From the NCBI GenBank assembly GCA_002441425.1, contig DJWB01000001.1, positions 15,087 to 79,086 of the forward strand: a stretch of DNA of 64,000 bases, in the 5' to 3' direction. Made by a program: the position numbers and the translations under genes. This DNA is from Patescibacteria group bacterium UBA6241. Lineage in GTDB: Bacteria > Patescibacteriota > Minisyncoccia > Phycocordibacterales > Phycocordibacteraceae. Shown here in pieces: positions 1-9,064 of this stretch. The stretch's first letter is position 1; every line of letters starts with the position of its first letter. The notes under the pieces are model-generated. The model saw only the letters and a program-made list of their open reading frames with translations, had not been told where the DNA came from and ran no database searches.

Positions 1-626
1 TCAAGGGAACCGGGGTTTACCTGAAGGTGAACTCCGCCCTGAGAGCCTGCGGCTACGATCTCATCCGTGAGATCCAGTTGCGCGACTTGCGGGTCTTCGC
101 TGACCTCAAGCTGATTGACATCAGCGAGACGCTTTCCACGGACGGCGTTCTCTTGCGCGAGGCGAAGCCGGAGCTGCTCACCACCATGTGCGTCTCCGGT
201 GTCACTGCCATGCAGGCTCTGAAAGCTGAACTGCCGGACACGGAAGTGCTCGGCGTGACGGTGCTCACGAGCCTTGCGGACGCCGACACGCAGGCGATGT
301 TCACCTGCCAGACCGAGGAAGCCGTTATGCGGTTCGCCCAGGTCGCGGCAAACGCGAATATCGACGGCCTCATCTCGTCTCCCAAGGAGGTGGAGATGCT
401 TCGGGCAAAGTTTGGTCTCGTTCTGTCGCTCAACACGCCGGCCATCCGGCCGACGTGGGCGATCGTTCCGGGCGATGACCAAAATCCGGAGCGGATCATG
501 ACTCCGGAAAAGGCCATCAGGGCCGGAGCGGATCGCATCGTCGTGGGGCGTCCGATCGTGGGGGCTAAAAGCCCCTATGACGCGGTCATGCGCACCATTG
601 ATGAAATCGCCATGGCTACGTCGTAA
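1..626 (+). CDS. pyrF: Orotidine-5'-phosphate decarboxylase, 5'-truncated by the window edge; GC-rich codon usage
   Basis: DLKLIDISET = DxKxxDIxxT catalytic motif; TPAIRP, DDQ and IVVGRPI motifs; frame open from base 3. Confidence 0.92.
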   Translation, partial: KGTGVYLKVNSALRACGYDLIREIQLRDLRVFADLKLIDISETLSTDGVLLREAKPELLTTMCVSGVTAMQALKAELPDTEVLGVTVLTSLADADTQAMFTCQTEEAVMRFAQVAANANIDGLISSPKEVEMLRAKFGLVLSLNTPAIRPTWAIVPGDDQNPERIMTPEKAIRAGADRIVVGRPIVGAKSPYDAVMRTIDEIAMATS

Positions 627-649
627 TCGGCGATATCCTTGCTTGCCAG

Positions 650-684
650 CAGCCCCGTACTCAAAGAGTGCGTGGGCTGTTTTC
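650..684 (+). terminator. Intrinsic terminator after pyrF
   Basis: CAGCCC-CGTACTC-aaa-GAGTGCG-t-GGGCTG then TTTT. Confidence 0.7.
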
Positions 685-757
685 CTTACTCTGCATTACA
701 AGCCAAAGGTCCATGCCATAATAAATACATACACATTGTACATAAGAGCAAACACCT

Positions 758-1234
758 ATGATTCCAAAAAACACCATTTGCCTCTGGTTTGATAAGGACG
801 CAGAAGAAGCAGCAAACTTTTACGCTGCTACCTTTCCTGATAGCAAAATATCTTCAGTCTTTAATGCGCCGAGCGACTTTCCGAGCGGGAAGAAGGGAGA
901 TGTCCTCACAGTGGAGTTTACTGTTTTTGGCATTCCATGTGTTGGCCTGAATGGAGGTCCAACCTTTAAGCAAAGCGAAGCATTCTCCTTTCAAATTGCA
1001 ACAGACACTCAGGAAGAAACAGACGAGTACTGGAATGCAATTGTTGGAAATGGAGGACAAGAGAGTGTGTGCGGATGGTGCAAGGATCGTTGGGGAGTAT
1101 CTTGGCAGATTACTCCTCGTACCCTCATTGAAGCACTTGCTGCAGGAGGAGCAGAAGCTGAGCGTGCCTTTAATGCCATGATGACCATGAAGAAGATTGA
1201 TGTTGCTGCTATTGATGCAGCACGAAAGGGATAA
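758..1234 (+). CDS. VOC/PhnB-like (3-demethylubiquinone-9 3-methyltransferase family) protein
   Basis: TICLWFDKDAEEAANFY, LNGGP, CGWCKDRWGVSWQI, MKKIDVA. Confidence 0.9.
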   Translation: MIPKNTICLWFDKDAEEAANFYAATFPDSKISSVFNAPSDFPSGKKGDVLTVEFTVFGIPCVGLNGGPTFKQSEAFSFQIATDTQEETDEYWNAIVGNGGQESVCGWCKDRWGVSWQITPRTLIEALAAGGAEAERAFNAMMTMKKIDVAAIDAARKG

Positions 1235-1241
1235 CTTACCT

Positions 1242-1850
1242 ATGAATCTCAGAAAGTTTTACATGGGCCGTGCAATAGGGTTTTTCATCCTTCTCGCTAT
1301 TGTCGGTCTGGTTGCTGCATTCTATTCATTTAATTCCTATATCTATAACGAGAAACAAGCACCTGCTGCAGCTGATTACAAAGATGCAGAATACAGAATT
1401 GATGGGACGCAAGTTCAGCTCAAAGACGGAGTAGCAGAGGTTGAAGCAGCACCCGGATCTGCTTCAAAGATAACGACTCGCTACTTTGGAAACGAGCACA
1501 AGACAGATATTAACGATGATGGGCGAGAGGATGTTGTCTTTTTGGTAACACAGGAGACCGGCGGAAGTGGGATTTTCTATTACGTAGTGGCAGCGCTCAA
1601 CACAGAACGTGGATACGTTGGTTCAGACGGGTATCTCTTAGGAGATAGAATTGCTCCTCAAACGATCAACGCAAGCCCGAATCCACGACATAAGAATGTT
1701 GTAGTCGCGAACTATGCCGATAGGGCTACTGGAGAGCCAATGACCGCACGACCTTCAGTTGGCAAAAGTGCATATTTGAAACTTGATGAGGCTAGCATGA
1801 TGTGGGGAATCGTTGAACCAGACTTTGAAGGGGAAAGTTCCGGTCTATAA
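1242..1850 (+). CDS. Membrane-anchored hypothetical surface protein
   Basis: N-terminal TM helix then YIYNEKQ; DINDDGREDVV and GGSGIFYYV motifs; start moved to MNLRKF. Confidence 0.75.
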   Translation: MNLRKFYMGRAIGFFILLAIVGLVAAFYSFNSYIYNEKQAPAAADYKDAEYRIDGTQVQLKDGVAEVEAAPGSASKITTRYFGNEHKTDINDDGREDVVFLVTQETGGSGIFYYVVAALNTERGYVGSDGYLLGDRIAPQTINASPNPRHKNVVVANYADRATGEPMTARPSVGKSAYLKLDEASMMWGIVEPDFEGESSGL

Positions 1851-1887
1851 AACAAGGAAATAGCAGGGTAAAAGGGCAGATACGTCC

Positions 1888-1916
1888 TTGACACAACCCT
1901 ATATATGGTCTATTAT
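1888..1916 (+). promoter_or_regulatory. Sigma70-type promoter for the 2097 gene
   Basis: TTGACA-17 nt-TATTAT. Confidence 0.8.
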
Positions 1917-1957
1917 AAGGAAAGAGATCTGGCCTTTGGCAATAGAAACTATCCATG

Positions 1958-2010
1958 TTCGGTTTCAGCTCTAAGTGGCTTACCTAAAGCATTTTAGAGC
2001 TGAAACCGAA
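1958..2010. repeat. Perfect 17-bp inverted repeat in the 5' leader
   Basis: TTCGGTTTCAGCTCTAA (1958-1974) / TTAGAGCTGAAACCGAA (1994-2010), 19-nt loop. Confidence 0.95.
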
Positions 2011-2096
2011 TTCACCGATGGTGAGCGGCCAGCTGATACGCGTACACTGTATCGTGTTTTTCACTCACCATCATAAGAGAAATCTGGAGAGCTAAA

Positions 2097-3233
2097 ATGG
2101 TTAAAGAGACAAAGACCTTGGGCGAAAAGGTCCAGGAAGTCACGAACTGGTCCCTGGTGGACTGGTTGTCCGTGGTCTTCCCGCTGGTGTCGGCGTTCGC
2201 CACCTTCCACGGGGCGAACAAGCTGATCGGCAACAGCCTCTACGCCTTCGGCGTCGCAATCGTCGCCTTCTTCTTCATCGCGGCCTTCTATCGGTCGTAC
2301 CTGAAGTGGTATCCGTCGGCCAACGACAAGCAGAAGCGCAAGCTGCTGCTGCCGATGGTCGTCTTCGGCGTCTTCGCCATATGCCTGACCACACCGTTTT
2401 CGGTGGCCACCTTCGGTGGCGAGGTCGCGCTGCGCAAGGACTTCGAGCGGACGATCGCGACCGCAGAAGCGCGGACGAACCAGCGGATCGGCGACCTGAA
2501 CCGGGAGCTCGCGCTCTCGTCTTCGCTGGGCTCCTATGGTCGGCAATTCTCCGACCTGGCCCAGGCAGAAGCCGCCGGCTCCTTCACGGGCGTCAGCGGT
2601 CGCGGCGACGCGGCGGTCACCTTTGAGACGGTGGGCAGATCCCTGACGGCGATGAGCCGGCAGGTGGAAGCCAACCGTGCGGTCGTGGAGCGCCTGAAGG
2701 AGCAATCCAAGGCGATCATCCGCGACCTCCGCACCATCTCCTACCTGCGCGTCAGCCAGCAGGAGAAGGTCTCGCGGTTCGCCGCACGTCTGAACGATCT
2801 GAACGATCTGTTCGCCCAGATGGACGCCGCCTCAGTCCTGCCGTCGGTCGCGCAATCGGCCGGCAGCCTGGACATGGTCGCGAACCTGCGTTCGGGTGAG
2901 GCGGGCACGGACCTCGGTCAGCGCCAGTCGCAGACCATCGCCCGCGCCGGTGAGCTGGTGACCCGCGCACAGCAGGACATCAGCAAGACCACCGCCGACC
3001 TGACCAACCAGTCCGAGGAGCTGGCTCCGCTCGCCGTCATCGACGAGAGCGAGGCCATCTTCAAATACTGGCAGGTGATCATCTGGGCGTGGGCGGCCGC
3101 CATCGCTCTGGACTTCGCCCCGCTCCTGTTCCTGTTCATGCTCAGCCAATTCCACGGCATCGAGCGGACGCAGCGCCGGAGCGCGAAGAAGCCCAAGGAG
3201 GAGGACGGCAAGGTGACGCACCTGCGTCGCTAA
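2097..3233 (+). CDS. GC-rich orphan membrane protein: about 3 N-terminal TM helices, long coiled coil, C-terminal TM and basic tail
   Basis: 378-aa ORF, third codon positions overwhelmingly G/C, SD GGAGAG at 2086-2091. Confidence 0.85.
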   Translation: MVKETKTLGEKVQEVTNWSLVDWLSVVFPLVSAFATFHGANKLIGNSLYAFGVAIVAFFFIAAFYRSYLKWYPSANDKQKRKLLLPMVVFGVFAICLTTPFSVATFGGEVALRKDFERTIATAEARTNQRIGDLNRELALSSSLGSYGRQFSDLAQAEAAGSFTGVSGRGDAAVTFETVGRSLTAMSRQVEANRAVVERLKEQSKAIIRDLRTISYLRVSQQEKVSRFAARLNDLNDLFAQMDAASVLPSVAQSAGSLDMVANLRSGEAGTDLGQRQSQTIARAGELVTRAQQDISKTTADLTNQSEELAPLAVIDESEAIFKYWQVIIWAWAAAIALDFAPLLFLFMLSQFHGIERTQRRSAKKPKEEDGKVTHLRR

Positions 3234-3277
3234 GTCGTCTCCTGCTCCTGTGAACGGATAGCTTCTAACGCCTACAA

Positions 3278-3316
3278 ATGCCCCGGGGACCGAAAGGTTT
3301 CCGGGGTATTTCTTTT
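3278..3316 (+). terminator. Intrinsic terminator with GAAA loop
   Basis: ATGCCCCGGGGACC-gaaa-GGTTTCCGGGGTAT-TTCTTTT. Confidence 0.85.
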
Positions 3317-3362
3317 GAAAACTACTTACATATAGATACATACCCCTGCTATACTCTTTGGT

Positions 3363-5963
3363 ATGAAAAAGGGTGTGCAACTAACTCTGCTTGGACTGCT
3401 CAGCATGTCCTTCTTTTTTAGTGTTGTTCCGCAGGTGTTTGCCGAGTGGGAACTTGCGGGAAGCAACAGTCTTGCAGGCACTACAAACGTAGCACTTCCT
3501 ATTACAGATCTTCAGATAACGGGAAGCGGAACTGAACCAATTCCAGTGAAACTTGTTGTAACAAGTGGGACACTTGCGATGAGCCAAACCACCGGGCTCA
3601 CTTTTACAGGAGGAACCTCAGGATCAACATTGCAATTTAGTGGAACTCAAGCAAACGTAAATGCAGCGCTTGCAACACTTACGTATACAAGGAGTGGCAC
3701 CGGCTCAGATACGTTGGAAGTGTCTTTGGTGCGTCCTGGGGAAGTCTTCTTTGAAGAGAATGGACACTTGTATGAATACATTTCAGATGCGGGTACGTGG
3801 AATGCAGCAAAACCAAAAGCTGAAGCACTCACGAGATATGGGGCAACAGGATATCTTGCAACGATTCTTTCTTCTGCAGAGAATGCATTCGTAACGGCAC
3901 GTCTTCTTGGTGCGGGCTGGATGGGAGCGAGCGATTCTGAATCTGAAGGAACCTGGAAGTGGGTAACCGGTCCTGAGACAGGGACATCGTTCTGGTCAGG
4001 TACTGCAGGGGGAAGCACCATAGGTGGAAATTACGCTAACTGGGGATCAGGGGAACCAAACCAGTCGGGGGAAGAAGATTGCGGGCAGTTTCTCGCGGGA
4101 GGCACAGGCAAATGGAATGACCTTCCTTGTGGAAGTAGCAGCCTTGCAGGATACGTTGCAGAGTTCGGTGCGTCCGGAGCACTTCCTACTGTGGTAGCTA
4201 AGAACATCACTATTACTACGAGTGCACTCCCTGTGGTGAGCACACTCTCTCCAGCAGACAACGCAACTGGAGTAGCTATTAATGCAAACCTCGTAATTAC
4301 TTTTAGCAAAACAGTTTCAACAAGCACCGGGGAGATTGCTATTAGAAAAGTGAGCGATGATTCGCTTGTTGAAAGTATCGCGGTTACGGGTGGACTAATT
4401 TCAGGAAGCGGGTCAAACACCATAACCATTAATCCAAGCACCACGCTCGCAGAGAGTACGGCGTACTACGTAACTATCCCGAACACTGCGTTCAAGGATA
4501 GTCTAGACAATTTCTATACAGGTACTGCTGCGAGTACTACTTGGAATTTCACAACAGGAGACTTTACTGCACCCGCCCTAAGTGCCATTACGGCAACCAG
4601 CACTGCTACAACATCAGTAATATCTTGGATCACTGCTGAGAATGCTTCAACGAAAGTAGTGTTCGGACTCACTACTGCATATGGAACCACAACTCCAGAG
4701 ACAAATACTTCGTCACGTGTCACATCTCACGAAGTAACGCTCACTGGTCTCGTGCGTTGCGCAACATACCATTACGCAGTCGTGTCTAGAGATGCAAGTT
4801 CAAACGCAGCCACCTCAACAGATAGCACACTAAGAACAACAGGCTGTACGGCTGAATCAGCCCCTACTACCGCTACATCAACTGCAATAACAACCTCTTC
4901 AGGAGGATCCTCTCAACTTACTGAAAACAGCACTACTATTACGGTAGATGCACCCGCGGACTTTACTGATGAATCATCCTCAGTTGTTATTCAAGTGCAG
5001 GCAATTGCGGGCGATACAATTCTGGCTTCGCTCGGAAGACCACAGAGCGTTCCGAGAGAAGTTGGGACTATTGTGTTTGATGTAAAGGCAATCATTGATA
5101 ACACTACGGTCCTTGATTCATTTGATAGTCCGGTAACGATTACATACCAATACGCTGATGCAGATACTGCAGGATTAGATGAACCTACTTTTTGGTTGTA
5201 TCACTATCATGACGATGCCTGGGAAGCACTAGATAGTTGTACGATTAATACAGATACAAACACTATTAGCTGTACTACTCCAAACTTCTCCATCTTTGGA
5301 TTGTTTGGACAAGCACTCGCCGCAGACTCCTCTCGTACGCATTCATCTACACGAGTAGGCTGTAAAGATGTTGCTGCTCAGAACTACGATGCCTTTGTCT
5401 CACACCGGCAAGATCTCTGCGTGTACAAAGCAAGCGCTACCCAAGCCCAAACAAGTGCGTTCACTCGAGATCTTACTCTAGGATCAGTAGGTGAGGACGT
5501 GCAGAGACTGCAAGTCTATTTAAACAATCACGGCTTTACGCTTGCAGCTACTGGACTCGGGTCTCCCCAAAACGAGACAACTACATTTGGAGCTCTTACG
5601 AGAGATGCGCTGAGCAAGTTCCAAATAGCAAAGGGAATTACTCCAGCTGTAGGATATTTTGGACCGCTGACTCGTTCATCCATACTGGATATGGTTACAA
5701 CGCCAATAGTACAAAATACTACTTCTGCGCTACGTGATCTTGAAATGGGAATGAATGGGGAAGATGTACGTAAACTACAAGACTTTCTTATATCTAAGTC
5801 TTTCACTATTGCAGCAGGCGCAACAGGATATTTCGGCAGCCAAACAAAGGATGCATTAATTGCGTATCAAAAGGCAAGTGCTATTAGTCCTGCAGCAGGA
5901 TACTTTGGTGCCCAAACCCGAGCGTATATACTACAGACTAATAAGGAATCAGCTTGGTGGTAG
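3363..5963 (+). CDS. Secreted surface protein: C-type lectin domain, Ig-like (Big_5) and FN3-like domains, two C-terminal peptidoglycan-binding domains
   Basis: Signal peptide; WGSGEPN..EDC..WNDLPC; SPADNATGV..LVITFS; two repeats of L..G..GEDV..LQ..L....GYFG..T. Confidence 0.85.
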   Translation: MKKGVQLTLLGLLSMSFFFSVVPQVFAEWELAGSNSLAGTTNVALPITDLQITGSGTEPIPVKLVVTSGTLAMSQTTGLTFTGGTSGSTLQFSGTQANVNAALATLTYTRSGTGSDTLEVSLVRPGEVFFEENGHLYEYISDAGTWNAAKPKAEALTRYGATGYLATILSSAENAFVTARLLGAGWMGASDSESEGTWKWVTGPETGTSFWSGTAGGSTIGGNYANWGSGEPNQSGEEDCGQFLAGGTGKWNDLPCGSSSLAGYVAEFGASGALPTVVAKNITITTSALPVVSTLSPADNATGVAINANLVITFSKTVSTSTGEIAIRKVSDDSLVESIAVTGGLISGSGSNTITINPSTTLAESTAYYVTIPNTAFKDSLDNFYTGTAASTTWNFTTGDFTAPALSAITATSTATTSVISWITAENASTKVVFGLTTAYGTTTPETNTSSRVTSHEVTLTGLVRCATYHYAVVSRDASSNAATSTDSTLRTTGCTAESAPTTATSTAITTSSGGSSQLTENSTTITVDAPADFTDESSSVVIQVQAIAGDTILASLGRPQSVPREVGTIVFDVKAIIDNTTVLDSFDSPVTITYQYADADTAGLDEPTFWLYHYHDDAWEALDSCTINTDTNTISCTTPNFSIFGLFGQALAADSSRTHSSTRVGCKDVAAQNYDAFVSHRQDLCVYKASATQAQTSAFTRDLTLGSVGEDVQRLQVYLNNHGFTLAATGLGSPQNETTTFGALTRDALSKFQIAKGITPAVGYFGPLTRSSILDMVTTPIVQNTTSALRDLEMGMNGEDVRKLQDFLISKSFTIAAGATGYFGSQTKDALIAYQKASAISPAAGYFGAQTRAYILQTNKESAWW

Positions 5964-5977
5964 GATAATTCAATTTC

Positions 5978-6682
5978 ATGTTTAAAGCTCTCTTCAACAA
6001 CTTAAAGGAACACGATAAGAACACGGCAATTGAAGGTATCATCCAGCACGCTACGCCCCGACAGGATTTCTTTATGATGCTTGTGTTGTCCGTGGCTATG
6101 GCATCGTTTGGAATTCTCTTACAAAGCACCGTTATCTTGGTGGGGAGTATGCTTATAGCTCCTTTGCTATACCCGCTTCTTTCTCTTGCTCTTGGCGTTA
6201 TTGTTGCAGATGAGAAGTTGCTTGGAAGATCCTTTTATACGCTTGGAAAGTCTATAGTTCTCGCGCTCGGTGCGAGTTTCATCATTGGATTCCTTTTCTC
6301 AGATCATAGTGGAGTAGCGCTCCTACCTCCTGGAGTTATCTCAAACGACTATTCTGCACTCATGTATGCAATTGTTGCAGCAATTGCAGGATTCGCTGCA
6401 GCGTTTGCAATGACGAAGCCACACTTAAACGAAACGCTCCCAGGAGTAGCCATCTCTGTTGCACTTGTGCCGCCGCTCGCTTCAGCTGGTGTTGCGCTCT
6501 CAGTATTTGAGTGGGGAGTGTTTAGCAATGCTCTCATGCTCTTTGTGGTGAACGTAATAGGTATTCTTTTCTCAGCAATGATTGTGTTTGCACTCCTACG
6601 CTTCTCAGTTAAGAAGACAGTAGCGGTTGAGATTATTAAAGAGGAGGAGAAGATTATTGAAGAGGAAAGGAGCGTTGCCTAG
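5978..6682 (+). CDS. DUF389 family membrane protein
   Basis: ILVGSMLIAPLL and LPGVAISVALVPPL motifs. Confidence 0.85.
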   Translation: MFKALFNNLKEHDKNTAIEGIIQHATPRQDFFMMLVLSVAMASFGILLQSTVILVGSMLIAPLLYPLLSLALGVIVADEKLLGRSFYTLGKSIVLALGASFIIGFLFSDHSGVALLPPGVISNDYSALMYAIVAAIAGFAAAFAMTKPHLNETLPGVAISVALVPPLASAGVALSVFEWGVFSNALMLFVVNVIGILFSAMIVFALLRFSVKKTVAVEIIKEEEKIIEEERSVA

Positions 6683-6733
6683 TTATCCTCTATCTTCGCT
6701 AAAGGCATCCAAAGCAGTAGTACACTTATAGGT

Positions 6734-6922
6734 ATGAATATCTTTTCCAGAAGCTATACCTATAAGGGATGGCAAATAAGTCTCTTTAAACTTTCACTCG
6801 TTTGTTTTGGAATAATAGTTGGTGCGTATTGGCAAGAATACTTCCTCCAGCACCTGCTTACCCTTGGAGCAATTGCATTAGTTTTTGGGTTGTACATTTC
6901 GTACGTTACGTTTCGCCAGTAA
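6734..6922 (+). CDS. Small two-TM hypothetical protein
   Basis: 62 aa, hydrophobic, TACACT -10 box 7 nt before ATG. Confidence 0.7.
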   Translation: MNIFSRSYTYKGWQISLFKLSLVCFGIIVGAYWQEYFLQHLLTLGAIALVFGLYISYVTFRQ

Positions 6923-6928
6923 AACCAC

Positions 6929-7342
6929 ATGTCCTGGGTTCTCTTGGCGCTAATCGGAGCTATCTTTGCAGCTCTGGTGGCTATATTTGGAAAGATTGGT
7001 CTTGAGGGATTGGATTCAACTGTAGCTACAACTGTCCGTGCAGTTATCATGGCGGTGTTTCTTGTTGCTGTTTCTCTTGGGTTAGGGAAGCTCAGCTTTG
7101 AAGCACTCCCAACTGGAAGACCTCTTCTTTTCATTACACTTTCAGGTATTGCGGGAGCCCTCTCATGGCTCTTTATGTTCTCTGCGCTAAAACTTGGTCC
7201 TGCGCCTGGAGTGTCTGCTCTAGACAGAACAAGTGTGGTCTTTGTACTTATATTTTCTTTGTTATTTCTTGGAGCACAGTTCTCTTGGAAATCTCTGTTG
7301 GGTGCACTTATGATTGCAGCAGGAGCGATGTTGATGATTTAA
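6929..7342 (+). CDS. EamA/DMT family transporter (single repeat)
   Basis: AIFGKIGLEGLDSTVATTVR, LSWLF..AL, DRTSVVF. Confidence 0.85.
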   Translation: MSWVLLALIGAIFAALVAIFGKIGLEGLDSTVATTVRAVIMAVFLVAVSLGLGKLSFEALPTGRPLLFITLSGIAGALSWLFMFSALKLGPAPGVSALDRTSVVFVLIFSLLFLGAQFSWKSLLGALMIAAGAMLMI

Positions 7343-7362
7343 CTTTTGGTACACTAGGGGAA

Positions 7363-7914
7363 ATGAAGCCGAAACAGAAGAAGTGGGCGTATCAAAACAC
7401 GATCCTAGTCCTCATTAGTATTGGACTCTTTATTTTGCTTGCAGATACTCCTGCAGCAAAGCTCGTTATTGAGCACATTGGTTCATATGGATATCTAGGC
7501 TCCTTTATTGCAGGAATATTCTTTGTCTCAACGTTTACAGTAGCCCCCTCTGGTGCAGTTCTTTTCCATTTGGCAGAACAATACAACCCGATACTTATTG
7601 CACTCACGGCTGGAGCGGGAGGAGTTATTGGAGATCTTCTTATATTTAGATTTGTGCGTGGGGACGCGTTCGCAGAGCTTTCTCCAATCCTTGATCGTAT
7701 TAAAAGGCGCCCAGTGTTCGCTCTTTTTAAGAGCCCATACTTCGGATGGTTCACACCGGTACTTGGTGCACTCATTATTGCGTCTCCGCTCCCAGACGAA
7801 GCGGGTATTGGTCTTATGGGTCTCAGCAAGATTCGTGAGTGGCAGTTCATGCTTCTTACCTACGTACTTAATACTACCGGCATTCTTATTATTGTTCTTC
7901 TTACGCAAGCGTAA
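7363..7914 (+). CDS. Membrane protein, DedA/VTT-like
   Basis: Multiple TM helices, GAGGVIGD, SPLPDEAG; start at MKPKQK after a TACACT box. Confidence 0.65.
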   Translation: MKPKQKKWAYQNTILVLISIGLFILLADTPAAKLVIEHIGSYGYLGSFIAGIFFVSTFTVAPSGAVLFHLAEQYNPILIALTAGAGGVIGDLLIFRFVRGDAFAELSPILDRIKRRPVFALFKSPYFGWFTPVLGALIIASPLPDEAGIGLMGLSKIREWQFMLLTYVLNTTGILIIVLLTQA

Positions 7915-7970
7915 GGTACCAATCAGTTTCTCATGAAGGCTTCAGCCTTCCTTTGCTATACTTTATCCAT

Positions 7971-8549
7971 ATGCTGAAACCATTCCTATATCTTCTTGGG
8001 GCAATTGTTATTTTGGGCGGACTTTTTTACGCTCTTAATACCTATATCTATAATGAAAAACAGGGAGATCAGGGCTTCATTGATCCCAATACAGTCCTTT
8101 CATTTGAAGACTGTGAGGCTGCAGGCTATCCAGTAATGGAAAGTTATCCGCGCCAGTGTAAGACTCCTGATGGAAGGACATACGCAGAAGAACTACCTGA
8201 ACAGATCACGTATCTAAACGCGACTCCAGACATGATCTCTGTTTCTCTCCCGTTTCCTGGAGCAGTTACAGGGAAAGAGTTTGCTGTGCGAGGGGAAGCA
8301 AGAGGGAACTGGTACTTTGAAGCATCCTTTCCCATTACACTCCTAGATAAAGATGGAAAGGTTCTGGCAACCGCAATTGCGACCGCGCAGGGAGATTGGA
8401 TGACCACAGAGTTTGTTCCATTCACTGCACAAATTAAAGTTCCTGAATCATACATAGGTCCAGCGACTCTTGTCCTAAAGAAAGACAATCCATCAGGACT
8501 ACCTGAGAACGACGGATCAATTTCATTCCCAATTACCGTTGAGTATTAA
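7971..8549 (+). CDS. Membrane-anchored Gmad2 immunoglobulin-like domain protein
   Basis: GEARGNWYFEASFPI, GDWMTTEFVPF, KDNPSGLPEND; SFEDC..GYPVMESYPRQC module. Confidence 0.8.
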   Translation: MLKPFLYLLGAIVILGGLFYALNTYIYNEKQGDQGFIDPNTVLSFEDCEAAGYPVMESYPRQCKTPDGRTYAEELPEQITYLNATPDMISVSLPFPGAVTGKEFAVRGEARGNWYFEASFPITLLDKDGKVLATAIATAQGDWMTTEFVPFTAQIKVPESYIGPATLVLKKDNPSGLPENDGSISFPITVEY

Positions 8550-8569
8550 AAGGTAGATACGGACCTTCT

Positions 8570-8812
8570 ATGCCTGCCTTTGATCTAAACATTATTTTCC
8601 CCATCCTACTTGGACTTCTCGCACTCTTTATATTGCGAGAAGTACTTGCGTGGTACTGGAAGATGAATAAAGTTATTCAACTGCTTGAGAAGATTGAAGA
8701 GAACACGAGACCCGGTTCTAAACCAAAGGAGGTGCAAAAGCCAAAGAAGACAGGTCCTAGTCTCTTTGCCAACTATCAAGACCAAAACGTAAAGAAAGGG
8801 TTCTTCGGATAA
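8570..8812 (+). CDS. Small single-TM hypothetical protein
   Basis: LREVLAWYWKMNK..LLEKIEEN. Confidence 0.65.
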   Translation: MPAFDLNIIFPILLGLLALFILREVLAWYWKMNKVIQLLEKIEENTRPGSKPKEVQKPKKTGPSLFANYQDQNVKKGFFG

Positions 8813-8849
8813 TACAAAACAGGCGCTCCGAGGAGCGCCTGTTTTGTAT
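8812..8849. terminator. Bidirectional terminator
   Basis: ATACAAAACAGGCGCTCC-ga-GGAGCGCCTGTTTTGTAT between convergent genes. Confidence 0.9.
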
Positions 8850-8863
8850 AGTTTAGCTAAGGC

Positions 8864-9064
8864 TTAAACCTTGCTAACCTTGATTGCGTTTGGTCCGCGA
8901 GGGCTCTCGCCGATTTCAAAAGTAACCTGGTCACCCTGACGAAGATCGTCAAAGTTAACATTCACGAGCTCGTTTGAGTGGAAGAAGAGATCCTTCTCCA
9001 TTCCCTCGCCCTTGATAAAACCAAATCCTTTGTCGGTAAGACCAACGATAGTTCCTGTCTGCAT
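8864..9064 (-). CDS. Cold-shock domain protein
   Basis: RNP1 KGFGFI, RNP2 LFFHSN; 66 aa from MQTGT. Confidence 0.93.
   Translation of the reverse strand: MQTGTIVGLTDKGFGFIKGEGMEKDLFFHSNELVNVNFDDLRQGDQVTFEIGESPRGPNAIKVSKV

Noticed and set aside
1992-2010. TTTTAGAGCT resembles the start of a type II CRISPR repeat
   Set aside because: Single copy forming one arm of a local inverted repeat; no spacers or cas genes
2061-3380. Long antisense and alternate-frame ORFs over the 2097 gene (also over groEL, typA, the RND pair and others)
   Set aside because: Shadow ORFs expected from codon bias; no motifs or start signals
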